From a virus: a stretch of DNA of 64,000 bases. The translations under genes were made by a program, and so were the position numbers. Positions 40,761 through 51,241 of this stretch are shown piece by piece. The stretch is taken from positions 1 through 64,000 of the IMG/VR virus record IMGVR_UViG_3300025012_000046; one strand, 5' to 3'. The notes under the pieces were generated by a model. That model made no database searches and was not told the origin of the DNA. It saw nothing but the letters and a program-made list of their open reading frames with translations. The stretch's first letter is position 1. Each line of letters begins with the position of its first letter.

Positions 40761-41732
40761 TTGGCTAGAATACTTTTAATAGATACACTCAACTCAATGT
40801 ACTGCCTTTATCACAGAAAAGAAGTTAAGCCTGCTTACAACTTTATCTGTGCTGTTAGGAAGATGATAGAGGACTATTCAGTTGACAAGGTAGTTCTAAG
40901 TACAGACTGGGGTAAGTCTGTTTATCGTGCTAAACTTCATCCTGAGTATAAAGCACCTAGAGAAGAAAAACGTAAGCAATTAACTACAACAGAAAAGGCT
41001 CAGCTTGCCAAGTTCTACAAAGAAGTAGAAAGATTAATGGAACTTGGGCCTCTGTTTGGGATGGAAACAATAAAAGGCTTTGGTGTAGAGAGCGACGATT
41101 TCATAAGTGCCATCGTAAATAACGCTGACCTATCCCAACATGAAATTATGGTTCTGTCTACTGACACAGACCTTCATCAGCTTATCAGGAAAGGTGTGAT
41201 TCAAAGGTCTTACGCTAGCAAGATGAAGTTTGGAAATGACTATCTTCCAACTAATGTTTGGGTCAATAGAAAGCGCTACGTAGACATGTACGGAATTGAG
41301 CCATGGCAATATGCTCATGTTAAAAGTCTGACTGGCGATACTTCTGATAACGTTCACGGTGTGCCTGGACTTGGTAATGTTAACGCCTTGAAATTGATAC
41401 AGAAGTATGGGACGTTAGAAGGAGTGCAGCAGAACATAGGCAATATACTTGACGAGATTCCTAAGTTCCCAAAGAAAGTAATACCTGAGCTAGAATCTAA
41501 TTTTGCTGTGGTTGAAAAAGCATTTAAACTGATCAATCTGAATCATGAATCAGAAGCTTATCACGAAATATTTTCTATTGAGGATCAGAATAATATAACT
41601 AGAGTGTTAAACTCGTTTGACAAGTCAAACCAAGTTGATGAAGAAAAAGTAAAAGACTTCTTGTACGAAGTTGGTGCTGTAAATCGCGTAGTGGAATTTG
41701 AGAGCTTTATTAGACCGTTTTGGGGCAACTAA
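40761..41732 (+). CDS. 5'-3' exonuclease / flap endonuclease (T5 D15-like)
   Basis: LLID, YRAKLHPEYKA, ESDD, STDTDL and GDTSDNVHGVPGLG motifs. Confidence 0.92.
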   Translation: MARILLIDTLNSMYCLYHRKEVKPAYNFICAVRKMIEDYSVDKVVLSTDWGKSVYRAKLHPEYKAPREEKRKQLTTTEKAQLAKFYKEVERLMELGPLFGMETIKGFGVESDDFISAIVNNADLSQHEIMVLSTDTDLHQLIRKGVIQRSYASKMKFGNDYLPTNVWVNRKRYVDMYGIEPWQYAHVKSLTGDTSDNVHGVPGLGNVNALKLIQKYGTLEGVQQNIGNILDEIPKFPKKVIPELESNFAVVEKAFKLINLNHESEAYHEIFSIEDQNNITRVLNSFDKSNQVDEEKVKDFLYEVGAVNRVVEFESFIRPFWGN

Positions 41733-41762
41733 ATTTTAAATAACAAGTAAGTTATATTTTGC

Positions 41763-41791
41763 TTGACAAACTATAATCTTTGTGTTATAAT
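41763..41791 (+). promoter_or_regulatory. sigma70-type promoter
   Basis: TTGACA-17-TATAAT, TG extended -10, followed by GCGCCATCTTT. Confidence 0.85.
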
Positions 41792-42092
41792 GCGCCATCT
41801 TTAATTGAATTGAGGTCACAAAAATGAATGAAGAAGTAACAGGTAGACTTGAAAATTGGTATGTAGCTAACGGGGTGGTGTGGGGCAACTTGCACGACGA
41901 TGTTCGTAAGCGGTGGGACGACGGAGAACACATACGCACATCAACGGTACAAGGCTCTACCACAAATCTGAAAGAAGGTGAGGTGGTTAAAACTCGTAAT
42001 TCACTTTATTTGTTGGGCAAGAAAGCAGGACTAAAATCTAAAGAAGTATAATTTAACTGTAATCAAACTTAATCTTAGGAGACAATTTTACT

Positions 42093-42926
42093 ATGGCAAA
42101 AGAAACACTTACACCTGAACAAGAATTTGAGAAACTGCTTGAAGGACTTACCGAAGAACAGAAGGCTGAGCTTAGAAGGATTTCAGGTGTAAACAACGTT
42201 GGCAATTTTGACAAAATCCCAGTGTTTAAAGTTAACACTCAGGAAGACGAAGATAAGAAGGGCAAGTCTATTAAGAAAGGCAACTTCGTTATTGGGCAGT
42301 CTATGAATAACGACGAGCTTGAGGATGCAGGTACGGACTTGGGGAGCACTTGTGAAGGCGTAATTTTTGCTGCGCCCAAGCAATACTCTTACTACCACAA
42401 AGACGCTAAGAAGCGTTGTATCAGTAATCTGATCTTCGATAGCAACGACGTGGCTATCGGTAGTACTCTTGGCTTCAAATGTGCCGACAAAACTTGTCCT
42501 CGCCGCCAAGAAGGTATTGCTAAAGAAGAAAAATGTGGTCAACAGTTTGTGGTTTATTCTCAGGTTAACGGTGAGAAGGTGGTTTCTTATCACAAGAAAT
42601 CAAACTACATGCCGATGAACGACCACCTTAAGGCTCTCGGCAGTTACCCATACATGTACACAACCAAGTTCAAGACTGCCAAAGAAAAGAACGGAAACGT
42701 TACGTACTACGTTATTGTTCCCGAAAAAGGTAATCCGGTTCCTAGTATCGAAATGAAACAGAACCTTGACCTTGCTATGGAAACATGTAAGGGCATCAAA
42801 GCTTTTGAGCAGCAGAGAGAAACAAAGAACAAACAGCTTGCACACAAGCCTTCACAATCTACTGAAGGTCTTGGTTTTGAAGAAACTAAAACGCAAACCA
42901 AAGAAGGCGAACTGGTTTTTGAGTAA
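42093..42926 (+). CDS. putative single-stranded DNA-binding protein (T5 D11-like)
   Basis: lies just before the SbcD/SbcC genes; acidic tail ending LVFE; followed by a terminator. Confidence 0.5.
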   Translation: MAKETLTPEQEFEKLLEGLTEEQKAELRRISGVNNVGNFDKIPVFKVNTQEDEDKKGKSIKKGNFVIGQSMNNDELEDAGTDLGSTCEGVIFAAPKQYSYYHKDAKKRCISNLIFDSNDVAIGSTLGFKCADKTCPRRQEGIAKEEKCGQQFVVYSQVNGEKVVSYHKKSNYMPMNDHLKALGSYPYMYTTKFKTAKEKNGNVTYYVIVPEKGNPVPSIEMKQNLDLAMETCKGIKAFEQQRETKNKQLAHKPSQSTEGLGFEETKTQTKEGELVFE

Positions 42927-42932
42927 ATAATC

Positions 42933-42962
42933 AGGGAGGGTGTAAAAGCCCTCCCTTCTTTA
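42933..42962 (+). terminator. rho-independent terminator
   Basis: AGGGAGGGT-GTAAAA-GCCCTCCCT stem followed by TCTTTA. Confidence 0.8.
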
Positions 42963-43177
42963 TCTGGAGGTAAAAATTGAACATACTAGAAGTTATATTT
43001 GTAGGCAGTATTTTATCTGCACTTCTGTCTACACTTAGTTATTTCAAACTAGTGGCTTTGCCAGCTTGGTTTATATGGTCGCCAACCTTTATTATAACAC
43101 TGCTAGGTATTTCATTATATTTGTTAGGAATAACCGTAGATATTAACTTAATACATACAAAATAAGCAGGAGATTAA

Positions 43178-43372
43178 ATGTCAAAATCAACCAATAGCAG
43201 TGGTATAGGTTTTACCGGGCTTCTCACTATAGTATTCATTACACTTAAACTGCTAGGCTATATTAGTTGGTCATGGTGGTGGGTACTAAGTCCAATTTGG
43301 ATTCCAGCAATTGTAGGTATTGTCCTGCTTGCGTTAGCTGGCGTAATATTTTATTACGCGGAGAAGAAATGA
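43178..43372 (+). CDS. small membrane protein (common phage family)
   Basis: GIGFTGLLTIVFITLKLLGYISWSWWWVLSPIW; similar ORF at 42977..43165. Confidence 0.75.
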   Translation: MSKSTNSSGIGFTGLLTIVFITLKLLGYISWSWWWVLSPIWIPAIVGIVLLALAGVIFYYAEKK

Positions 43373-43713
43373 ACCTTTACAGAGAAGCAAAGAAACTAAA
43401 CCCACTGCACACTCTCACTTCTGGTGACATTAAGAACTCAGATAGTGCGCTGCTTACAGAAGAAGTTGAAATGGAGCTTATTGGGCACTTCAAGCAGCCT
43501 AAAGGTTGGCAGAAGGTAAATAGTAAGTGGACTAAAAAAGAAAAGACAGATAAACGCGCAGATGTACTTTATAGTGAAACAGTAAAGACACTTAGCCAGC
43601 CTGATATTAACTGTCCTGTTTGTGGTGGTAGAGGGCACAAAGGTTATCTGACACGAAGCAACAAAGGGCAAGACACTAGCGGGTTTATCCTTTGTAAATG
43701 TGTGCTTAAATAA

Positions 43714-44739
43714 ATGCAAAAATTTGTTACTTTCGGTGACGTTCACCTAAAGATCAATCGTGACGCGCCTGTTGAGTGGTCTTTTAAGCGATACAGAGCT
43801 TTATTTAAAGAGATAATTGATCGGTGCCTTAAAGAAGAAGCTACGCTTATAATCACAGGTGACTTATGTGACTCTGCTAGGCCCACTTTATCTGAATTGA
43901 AGTTGTTATTTGAGTTCTTCCATGCTTTAAAAGACAACAAAATAAACACAATACTCATATCAGGAAATCATGAAGAAGTTAACGACAAGCTAACGCTTTA
44001 TAATTACCTGCACCTGGAGAAGTTTGGTAATAAAGATGGGGCTTCTTATATACACTACCAAGACTGGAACAGCGGGTGGGTATTTGAAGACGCTAACGGA
44101 AAGCCTGAATGCTCTATATACCCAGTGTCTCACCATGAAGTACATAATTACGATTACACTAGGGGCATAAAAGGAACAAGGCCTAGCATCCTAGTCTCAC
44201 ACATAAGAGCGGAAATACCTCCGTTCATTTCAGAAGAAGCTCCTATAAATGAGATAGCAAAGAACTTTGATGTTTGTATTTTTGGTGACATTCACGACGA
44301 GCTTGAGTTTGATAACGTATACTACACTAATAATCCTTTAAATTGTTGTTATGAGGTCACACCTAACTGCGGTTACACAATACTTACCGTGGATAAAGGC
44401 AAATTTAACATTCAGCGTGTTAAAACTGATCTACCTAATCTGGTTAAAATCAACACGCAAGCAGAAGCATTCGAAAATGAAGTACTTAAGCTTGACCCCA
44501 AACACTTCTATAAAATCGAAGTAGAGGGCTTAGCCGCTGAATTAAAAGCGATACCTAAGTCTGGTATCAATTTCAAAACTGAAAAACAAATCATAGAAGA
44601 GATTCAGACTGAAGAGGCGTACCACATACCAGTAAGCGACATTAAGCACGAAACTCTTGAAGAAGAGCTTATTTGGTATATGCAGCAACTAGAAATGAAC
44701 GACAAAGACATACAAGGAATGATGGATGAATTTGTTTAA
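43714..44739 (+). CDS. SbcD/Mre11-like recombination nuclease
   Basis: GDVH, GDLCD, GNHE, SH and GDIH motifs; adjacent to the SbcC-like gene. Confidence 0.9.
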   Translation: MQKFVTFGDVHLKINRDAPVEWSFKRYRALFKEIIDRCLKEEATLIITGDLCDSARPTLSELKLLFEFFHALKDNKINTILISGNHEEVNDKLTLYNYLHLEKFGNKDGASYIHYQDWNSGWVFEDANGKPECSIYPVSHHEVHNYDYTRGIKGTRPSILVSHIRAEIPPFISEEAPINEIAKNFDVCIFGDIHDELEFDNVYYTNNPLNCCYEVTPNCGYTILTVDKGKFNIQRVKTDLPNLVKINTQAEAFENEVLKLDPKHFYKIEVEGLAAELKAIPKSGINFKTEKQIIEEIQTEEAYHIPVSDIKHETLEEELIWYMQQLEMNDKDIQGMMDEFV

Positions 44740-44942
44740 ATTTAGAGCAATAAACGACGCAAAAGATCGCACGTATGGTGTAGCCGTAAGGATATTGGGG
44801 TTAGACTTCGCAGTTATATTTAACGGGTTCCTTGATATGTGGTATTTGTTTTATGTAAAAGCATTTGGCCAAGGCATCAGTGGGCTGTACCTACAAGTAC
44901 TTGGGCTTGTGATAGTTATCGGCGCGAAAGCTGACATTCTGT

Positions 44943-46847
44943 ATGAATAAAATACTAAAGGTAGTTGCTGACGATACTTTTGCTTTTGAGCACGTTGAGT
45001 TCTCTTTTAGTAACGGTATCTGGGCTATTAACGGAGAAAACGGAAAAGGTAAATCAAGTTTGTTCTTTCTTTTGGCTCAGGGGTTCTTTAATAAGAACCC
45101 CAAGTCAACTGACATTGACGACATTAACAATTGCATCACAGGAAGACCTTCTGTTATAGAGATAGAATGGTTTAACACTGACTCTAGTGTGACGTACAAA
45201 GTGGTAAACTCTAGGAAGGCCGGGAAGATAGAAGTATGGGCAGACGAAACTAACATCTCCGGTAAGACTATCCCACAGAGCCTGAAGATTATAGAAGAGA
45301 AGCTAGGCTGTAACTACGAGAACTTCATAACACAGTGCTTTGTTGATAGCACAACCACACTTGATCTTGTAGAAAGCAGCAATGACGCACCACGTAAAGC
45401 TTTCATCAATAAACTGCTCAAGTTTGAAGAGCTAGACGCCAAGCTGGAAGTATTTAAGCAGCGCAAGAAAAGCCTTGACTCTAGCATCGAAGCTGACAAC
45501 AGGCAACTGGCTACACTAACGTCATCTGTAGGAGAATTGCAAGAAGAGACTGAAGAAGACCTTAAGCTGGAAGAGGAGCTTAAGGCTAAGGTAACGGCTG
45601 CTGAAACCAAATTGTCTAGTCTCAGGGAAGCTAGAGCAGTATTGCACAGTAAATTCCAAGCTACTAAAGATGAAATAGAAGCTTGGACGCAATGCAAAAC
45701 TGCTAGAGATGAGATAAGCAAACTTGAGGCAGAGCTTTCTGAACTAGAGACAGTAATTACTGAAGTAGATCAGCTTGATGACTTGAAAGAAAGCAGAAAG
45801 AATTACTACTCAGAGTTAAACCTACTAAAGATAAACGAGTCTGAGTACGTCAATAAAATTAGGGACTGTAACAACGCTATAAAAAATAAGACGTGCCCCA
45901 CATGTGGGCATGATATTAACATTAAGCCTTTTGTTAAAGACTTGGTTGTTTACCAAACAACGCTTAACGACATACTCAAGTCAAAGGGCGCAGTTGAGGA
46001 GTCTCTTAATAGCATTAACGTTGACCTTAAGCTGTACGAAAAGCAGCAGGAATTATCTAATAAGCTAGATAAGCTTAAGGTACAAAGCAGTTCGCTGACT
46101 GTAGACATTAAAGCAATTACCAAGAAAAAGGAAAAGCTACAAGAAGAGGGCAACACTTTAAACGCTGAGGTGTCAGCAAAGGAAACAGAGTTAAATGAGT
46201 ACCGCAACGCTCATAGAAGAGTATTGGAGAGTAACCAGCAAGCTAAGACAATTAGAGAAGTCAATGCAAGAGTCACAGCAAACAATGAAAAGCTTAACAG
46301 AAACATTGGAGAGCTTCAAACAAACATTGGACAGAATGAGCGACGACTGGAAGTAGTAAAAAAGTGGATAACTATACTTGGACCTAAAGGTTTCCGTGTC
46401 CACAAAATGAACAAGTTTCTTTCACAGCTTAACAAAGCTATGAAGAAGTACTCAGATATTTTGTCTAACGGTAGGATCGTCAGTAAGTTTTACGTTGACG
46501 AAGATGGCAAGATACAGTTTAAGGTGCGAGATATTGACAAGGCCTTGCCGTTCGCATGTTGGTCTTCTGGGGAGAAGGCTAGGGTTAAGCTTAGTTGTTT
46601 ATTTGCCGTACTGGAGTTGTTGGAAGATATTGGTGGCAGTTGTTTTAACATCCTATACTTGGACGAGATAGGCGTAACACTAGACCAAGAAGGTAAAGAT
46701 AATTTGTTCGAAGTGTTGGCTTACCTTAAGAGCAAAGCAAAGTGTATCTACTGTATTAGCCACACACCTTTGGTAAACCCAGTTGTGTTTGACGGCAATT
46801 TCAACATGGAAAAAACTGACGGAATATCTAGCATTTTAGGAGCTTAG
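44943..46847 (+). CDS. SbcC/Rad50-like ABC ATPase
   Basis: GENGKGKSS, CPTC zinc hook, SSGEK signature, YLDE, ISH. Confidence 0.95.
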   Translation: MNKILKVVADDTFAFEHVEFSFSNGIWAINGENGKGKSSLFFLLAQGFFNKNPKSTDIDDINNCITGRPSVIEIEWFNTDSSVTYKVVNSRKAGKIEVWADETNISGKTIPQSLKIIEEKLGCNYENFITQCFVDSTTTLDLVESSNDAPRKAFINKLLKFEELDAKLEVFKQRKKSLDSSIEADNRQLATLTSSVGELQEETEEDLKLEEELKAKVTAAETKLSSLREARAVLHSKFQATKDEIEAWTQCKTARDEISKLEAELSELETVITEVDQLDDLKESRKNYYSELNLLKINESEYVNKIRDCNNAIKNKTCPTCGHDINIKPFVKDLVVYQTTLNDILKSKGAVEESLNSINVDLKLYEKQQELSNKLDKLKVQSSSLTVDIKAITKKKEKLQEEGNTLNAEVSAKETELNEYRNAHRRVLESNQQAKTIREVNARVTANNEKLNRNIGELQTNIGQNERRLEVVKKWITILGPKGFRVHKMNKFLSQLNKAMKKYSDILSNGRIVSKFYVDEDGKIQFKVRDIDKALPFACWSSGEKARVKLSCLFAVLELLEDIGGSCFNILYLDEIGVTLDQEGKDNLFEVLAYLKSKAKCIYCISHTPLVNPVVFDGNFNMEKTDGISSILGA

Positions 46848-47033
46848 TATGTGTTTTATCTTTCATAATTGGTCTAAGTGGTGTGCGCCGGTAGACACAG
46901 GCACACACTTTTATAAGGCACAGTATTCTGAGTGTTTAGATTGTGGTAAAATTAAGGTTAGACGCATTACTTTGTGGAAGGGTGGCAACGCATGTGCAGT
47001 GCCTGCTGAACAAATTAAAAAGGCGTTAGGTAA

Positions 47034-48692
47034 ATGAAGTGGTGGGAAGTTCAACCTGAAGACGTTGCAGAGCTACTTGCGGTTACAAATTCCATTAAGG
47101 CTATTAAGTCTCACAAGGAGAAAAAGGAATTTGTAACCGTAACTGTACCTAACCTTAGACCTGAAGTTAGTTACCTGTTTTCGGTGTTTCTGTATCACTC
47201 TTTGTTTAATTCTAGGTGGGCTGTAATTGATATATCTAACTACTTCACAGTGCGCAAGAAGAATGCAAATGAGTCTACAGCTGAAGACTTTATTAAACTG
47301 CTTAGAGCGTATGATAGAAAAAAGCCTAGACTACGCAAAGACTCAAAGCTGTTCAAGTTTTTGCAGCTGTGTGATAAGCCATACTTTGATTTCTACGCTT
47401 CTCTATTAGAAAAGAAGTTCCATGAGGGGTTGCCACTTACTGAATGCCAAGAGCTTCTAAACCTGGAAGAAGTTTCACTATCTGACATTTATGACCCAGA
47501 GGAAAAGGTAAGGGAGAACCTAGAAGCCCTTACCTTCCCAGTGGCTATTACTAGGGTTGACCACATTGAAGCTGAGTTTGTGATATTTGTCAAGCGCACA
47601 GACGCAGTATATTGCTATAAAATTGTGAATGGGCAACTTAAAACCACATGGGGAGCATTATACAACATCCGGTCCACCAGTACTATATTTGATCAGCCTG
47701 TTTATGCTGTAGCTGGTATTAGGGTTAAGATAGATGACCCTAATTTTGCGGGAAGAAGGAAAGCTACTACAGCTATTAGAAACAAAAAGAGAAACACAAC
47801 GTACTACAAGTTCATTCCGATGGATTTGTTCAAAGACAGGACAGAGATAGAGGCTTACATTAACGGCGAAGAGGTAACTCCATTTATTGAGCGTTATAAA
47901 AATCTACAGGAGTTCCTAGACTATAGCTTTGTATTCGGCAGCTCAGACGATTATGTTGGATTTGCGAATAGCGAACAAGACTTACAAGAAGAGGTCACTA
48001 AGCTTCTAGGCAAAAATAAACAAGGATACTTGGTATTTTACGACGAGAATTCTGTAAGAACCATGACCGTATCTGCTAAGAAGTGTGCCACAGTAGAAAC
48101 CGTTATTGACAGCTTATGGGTAGAGGGTGAAGAAGTAAAAGGCTTTATTGTTTGGCACAACGCAGAAATGCACAAGGTAGCTTTGGACTTGCCTAGTAAA
48201 CACAAAGGATTGCTTAAAAATCCGCAGGCGCTTAAAACTAGAGTTTTAGACTGTATATACTTTAGAGTTAACGATAAGTGCTTTTATTTCCCGGTGCAGT
48301 TCAACTTTAACTCAAAATTTTGGGGGAGTACTAGAGCAGGCGTGTATTTAACTTGTTGCTGTGTTTGTGGTGGAACTGAATATAAACATGATGGAAACGG
48401 TATCTGTACCTCTTGTCTGATGAATATGTATAACATTTTTAGGAGGGTTGGTCCTAACAATTGGCACAATGAAACAAGGAATCAACAAAAGAAAAGGTCA
48501 AAAGTAGGCTGGCACCACAGTATTCTGGATAACGCTAAGGTTAGGTTTCAGGGATACAGGCTTAAGGGTAGGGTAGACGGGGCTATAATGTACGTGCCAG
48601 ATGAAGAGGCTCAAGCTAAGTACGAGCATGAAATATCAAAGCAGGGTTGGAATAAAAACTTAAAGAAGAGCAAAATGAAAGGTAAAATATGA
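47034..48692 (+). CDS. degenerate DNA-ligase-fold protein with a C-terminal Zn finger
   Basis: collinear motif remnants versus ligase 37650..38975, but KxDG is replaced by RVDH; CCVCGG...HDGNGICTSC. Confidence 0.6.
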   Translation: MKWWEVQPEDVAELLAVTNSIKAIKSHKEKKEFVTVTVPNLRPEVSYLFSVFLYHSLFNSRWAVIDISNYFTVRKKNANESTAEDFIKLLRAYDRKKPRLRKDSKLFKFLQLCDKPYFDFYASLLEKKFHEGLPLTECQELLNLEEVSLSDIYDPEEKVRENLEALTFPVAITRVDHIEAEFVIFVKRTDAVYCYKIVNGQLKTTWGALYNIRSTSTIFDQPVYAVAGIRVKIDDPNFAGRRKATTAIRNKKRNTTYYKFIPMDLFKDRTEIEAYINGEEVTPFIERYKNLQEFLDYSFVFGSSDDYVGFANSEQDLQEEVTKLLGKNKQGYLVFYDENSVRTMTVSAKKCATVETVIDSLWVEGEEVKGFIVWHNAEMHKVALDLPSKHKGLLKNPQALKTRVLDCIYFRVNDKCFYFPVQFNFNSKFWGSTRAGVYLTCCCVCGGTEYKHDGNGICTSCLMNMYNIFRRVGPNNWHNETRNQQKKRSKVGWHHSILDNAKVRFQGYRLKGRVDGAIMYVPDEEAQAKYEHEISKQGWNKNLKKSKMKGKI

Positions 48693-48891
48693 ATGTTGGT
48701 GATACAGTACGCCTAACAAAAGATATTTGGGACGATGGGTGTGATAATCATCACCCTCCAGGGTATCTAGCTCGTAAAGGGGAGATACTTGTAGTTAGAA
48801 GTATAGAACAAGGCCGTACTTGGGTTGGAGTATCACACGCTAACAGACCGGACGGGTGGTTTAATGTATACAATGGAGAATACGAAATAGT

Positions 48892-49452
48892 ATGATTATA
48901 AGCATAGACCTATCTAAACGCTCAACAGGTGTGTGTGCGTTAGACATGAATGGGAACCTGATTGATTTTTTGCTAGTACATAATGAGCACCTACACGAAG
49001 AAGAATTATTCATCTATAACATAAGTCAGATCGTAGATTTCAGCAGAGGCCTCGCTGCTAGGTACGTATTGGAAGGTTTTGTTACTGAAGCACTTGCGCT
49101 GCATGCTCCTAGTAAAGATAAAGATCAGTTGTTCGGGCAGTTCTGGATTCTGCAATACGAGCTAGCTAAGGAGTTTGCTACCGTACCTAGGGGTAAGATC
49201 ACTGTTGCTGAGTGGAGAAGTAGTGTGCTGACTAAAGCAGAGCAGCGAGAGCTAAAGGCTGAAGATAGCAAGAATGGTTTGAAAATTGGGTGTGTACGTA
49301 AGCTGCCGGAAGATGTTAGGGAAAGGTTTGAGCACTACCTGGCTGTTAATAAAGTAAAGAGAATTGCTAGTAAAGAGCCTTTGTATGATTTATCTGACGC
49401 ATATCACATTGGCAAATATAGGTTATCTTATGGAAGAGAAAATAAAATATGA
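48892..49452 (+). CDS. RuvC-like Holliday junction resolvase
   Basis: SIDLSKRSTG, VTE and DLSDAY catalytic pattern. Confidence 0.75.
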   Translation: MIISIDLSKRSTGVCALDMNGNLIDFLLVHNEHLHEEELFIYNISQIVDFSRGLAARYVLEGFVTEALALHAPSKDKDQLFGQFWILQYELAKEFATVPRGKITVAEWRSSVLTKAEQRELKAEDSKNGLKIGCVRKLPEDVRERFEHYLAVNKVKRIASKEPLYDLSDAYHIGKYRLSYGRENKI

Positions 49453-49621
49453 ATACGAGGCGCACAAACCGATAAAGCATAAGCGTATACCTTGGCCTAT
49501 TTGCGCTCATTGTGGTTTGGTATACCTTAATAATGATGTTACTAGGTGGTGCGTAAGGATGGGCTGCAACGCTTCTTACCATCCTCAGTATAAGAATCAG
49601 TTCAAATATTAGGAGTTAGTT

Positions 49622-49953
49622 TTGGAAAAGTTACCTAGAGTAAAAGAAGAAGACATAAATATTGGATGCTATACTTGCTCAACTGTATCTTCTAAGGCCA
49701 ATTTGCATATGCCAATTTGTGTAGGTTTTGGAGAGGCATATGTAACTAAAGACGGTGTTAGATATTACGACGGAGAGTTAGATTGTAACAAGGGCAACCA
49801 ACCTAAGACCCTGTATGAGATAGAATTGGAAGCTAAAAATTATCCTGATGCAGACTGGCAGCTAGTAATGTATAGTCCTTGCACGGAGAAGTATATCAAC
49901 GGCAAGGAGAAGGTGAGTGGTTTATGGTTGAAAGTAACAAAGGCTTTGCTTAG
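49622..49953 (+). pseudogene. hypothetical gene frameshifted near 49879 (or sequencing error)
   Basis: one extra T gives ...YSPLHGEVYQRQGEGEWFMVESNKGFA*. Confidence 0.5.
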
Positions 49954-49974
49954 AGCAATTTAATAAAGTTTATC

Positions 49975-50003
49975 TTGACAAACCATTACGAATGTGTTAT
50001 AAT
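49975..50003 (+). promoter_or_regulatory. sigma70-type promoter
   Basis: TTGACA-17-TATAAT, TG extended -10. Confidence 0.85.
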
Positions 50004-50040
50004 GCTGTTACTTTAATAGATTGATATGTGGAGGTTTTAA

Positions 50041-50430
50041 ATGACAATCGTATCTACCACCAAACCAAACCAAGCATATCACAAATTCGTCGGCTTTTTA
50101 ACTAAAAAATTTCCTATCAATCGGCCTAATAACATAGAAATTCGTCTAGAGGATTACAAATACATTCCTTACAAAGTCAACGGAGAGCTTACAAGAGCTT
50201 ACGCCACAATCAACGCTGTAAGGAATTCAGACAAACTTGTTATTAGGCTGGCTGTAGGAAAGAACGGACACACAATCAAAGAAAAGTTAAATTCAATTGC
50301 GCACGAATACTGTCACTGTATGCAGCACTACAGAGGGGAGGTGTTTAACACAGACTGGGACGCTAGGTTGGAACTAGAAGCAATAGAGTTTGCAAATTCA
50401 GTTGTGAGTAGTTACTATAAAATGATATGA
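50041..50430 (+). CDS. putative Zn metallopeptidase (HExxH)
   Basis: IAHEYCHCMQ...ELEA. Confidence 0.65.
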   Translation: MTIVSTTKPNQAYHKFVGFLTKKFPINRPNNIEIRLEDYKYIPYKVNGELTRAYATINAVRNSDKLVIRLAVGKNGHTIKEKLNSIAHEYCHCMQHYRGEVFNTDWDARLELEAIEFANSVVSSYYKMI

Positions 50431-50443
50431 GGTCTAAACCAAA

Positions 50444-51241
50444 TTGGAAATATTTTCAGAGTTCACCACTAGCTTGGTGATACCAGATGCTCATATTGAG
50501 CCTGGGCAAGATTTAAGTAGATTTGAAAAGCTAGGAAAGCTGATAGTAGAAAGAAAGCCTAACAGGATAATATCTCTTGGTGATTTTGTAACGCTAAGTG
50601 CTTTAAGTAACTGGGATTTATCCAAGGCCGGCGTCATGGAAAACCGAAGGTACTCCTTGGATATGGAGGCAGGTAAGACTGCTATTAACCTAATGTTGTC
50701 ACCACTAAGGGAAGTGCAAGAGAAGCAGAGAAAAGCTAAGGAAAAGATTTATAAACCACGACTAGTATTCATAAAAGGGAACCATTGCAGTCGTTTACCT
50801 AGGTACTTAGAGACTAAACCTGAGCTTAAAGACCACCTAGATATTGACAAAGATTTGCAGTTAGTTGAAAACGGATTCACTGATATAGTTGAATACAGAG
50901 ACTACATTGAATTTGATGGTGTAAACTTCACACACGCACCACAAAACGCAGCTAATCAGCCTGTAAGCGGAAAGTACGCTATACATCGTGCAGCAGAAAT
51001 GACGGCCAAGAGCTTAGTATTTGCCCACAGTCACCGTAGAGAAGCGGTAAATTACTACCGACACGGCTCTCATAACTTGACTCAAATTTATATGGCAGGG
51101 GCATTTTTTGAGCATACTGAAAGTTACGCTTATGGTGGACTTAACGCTTACTGTAGGTCATGTGCAATACTGACACACTTTGCTGAAGGTAGATTCGACG
51201 TAGAGGAAATAAGCTTAGAAAGATTGCACAGGATGTTTTAA
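50444..51241 (+). CDS. metallophosphoesterase
   Basis: PDAH, GDF, GNH, TH and AHSH motifs. Confidence 0.85.
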   Translation: MEIFSEFTTSLVIPDAHIEPGQDLSRFEKLGKLIVERKPNRIISLGDFVTLSALSNWDLSKAGVMENRRYSLDMEAGKTAINLMLSPLREVQEKQRKAKEKIYKPRLVFIKGNHCSRLPRYLETKPELKDHLDIDKDLQLVENGFTDIVEYRDYIEFDGVNFTHAPQNAANQPVSGKYAIHRAAEMTAKSLVFAHSHRREAVNYYRHGSHNLTQIYMAGAFFEHTESYAYGGLNAYCRSCAILTHFAEGRFDVEEISLERLHRMF

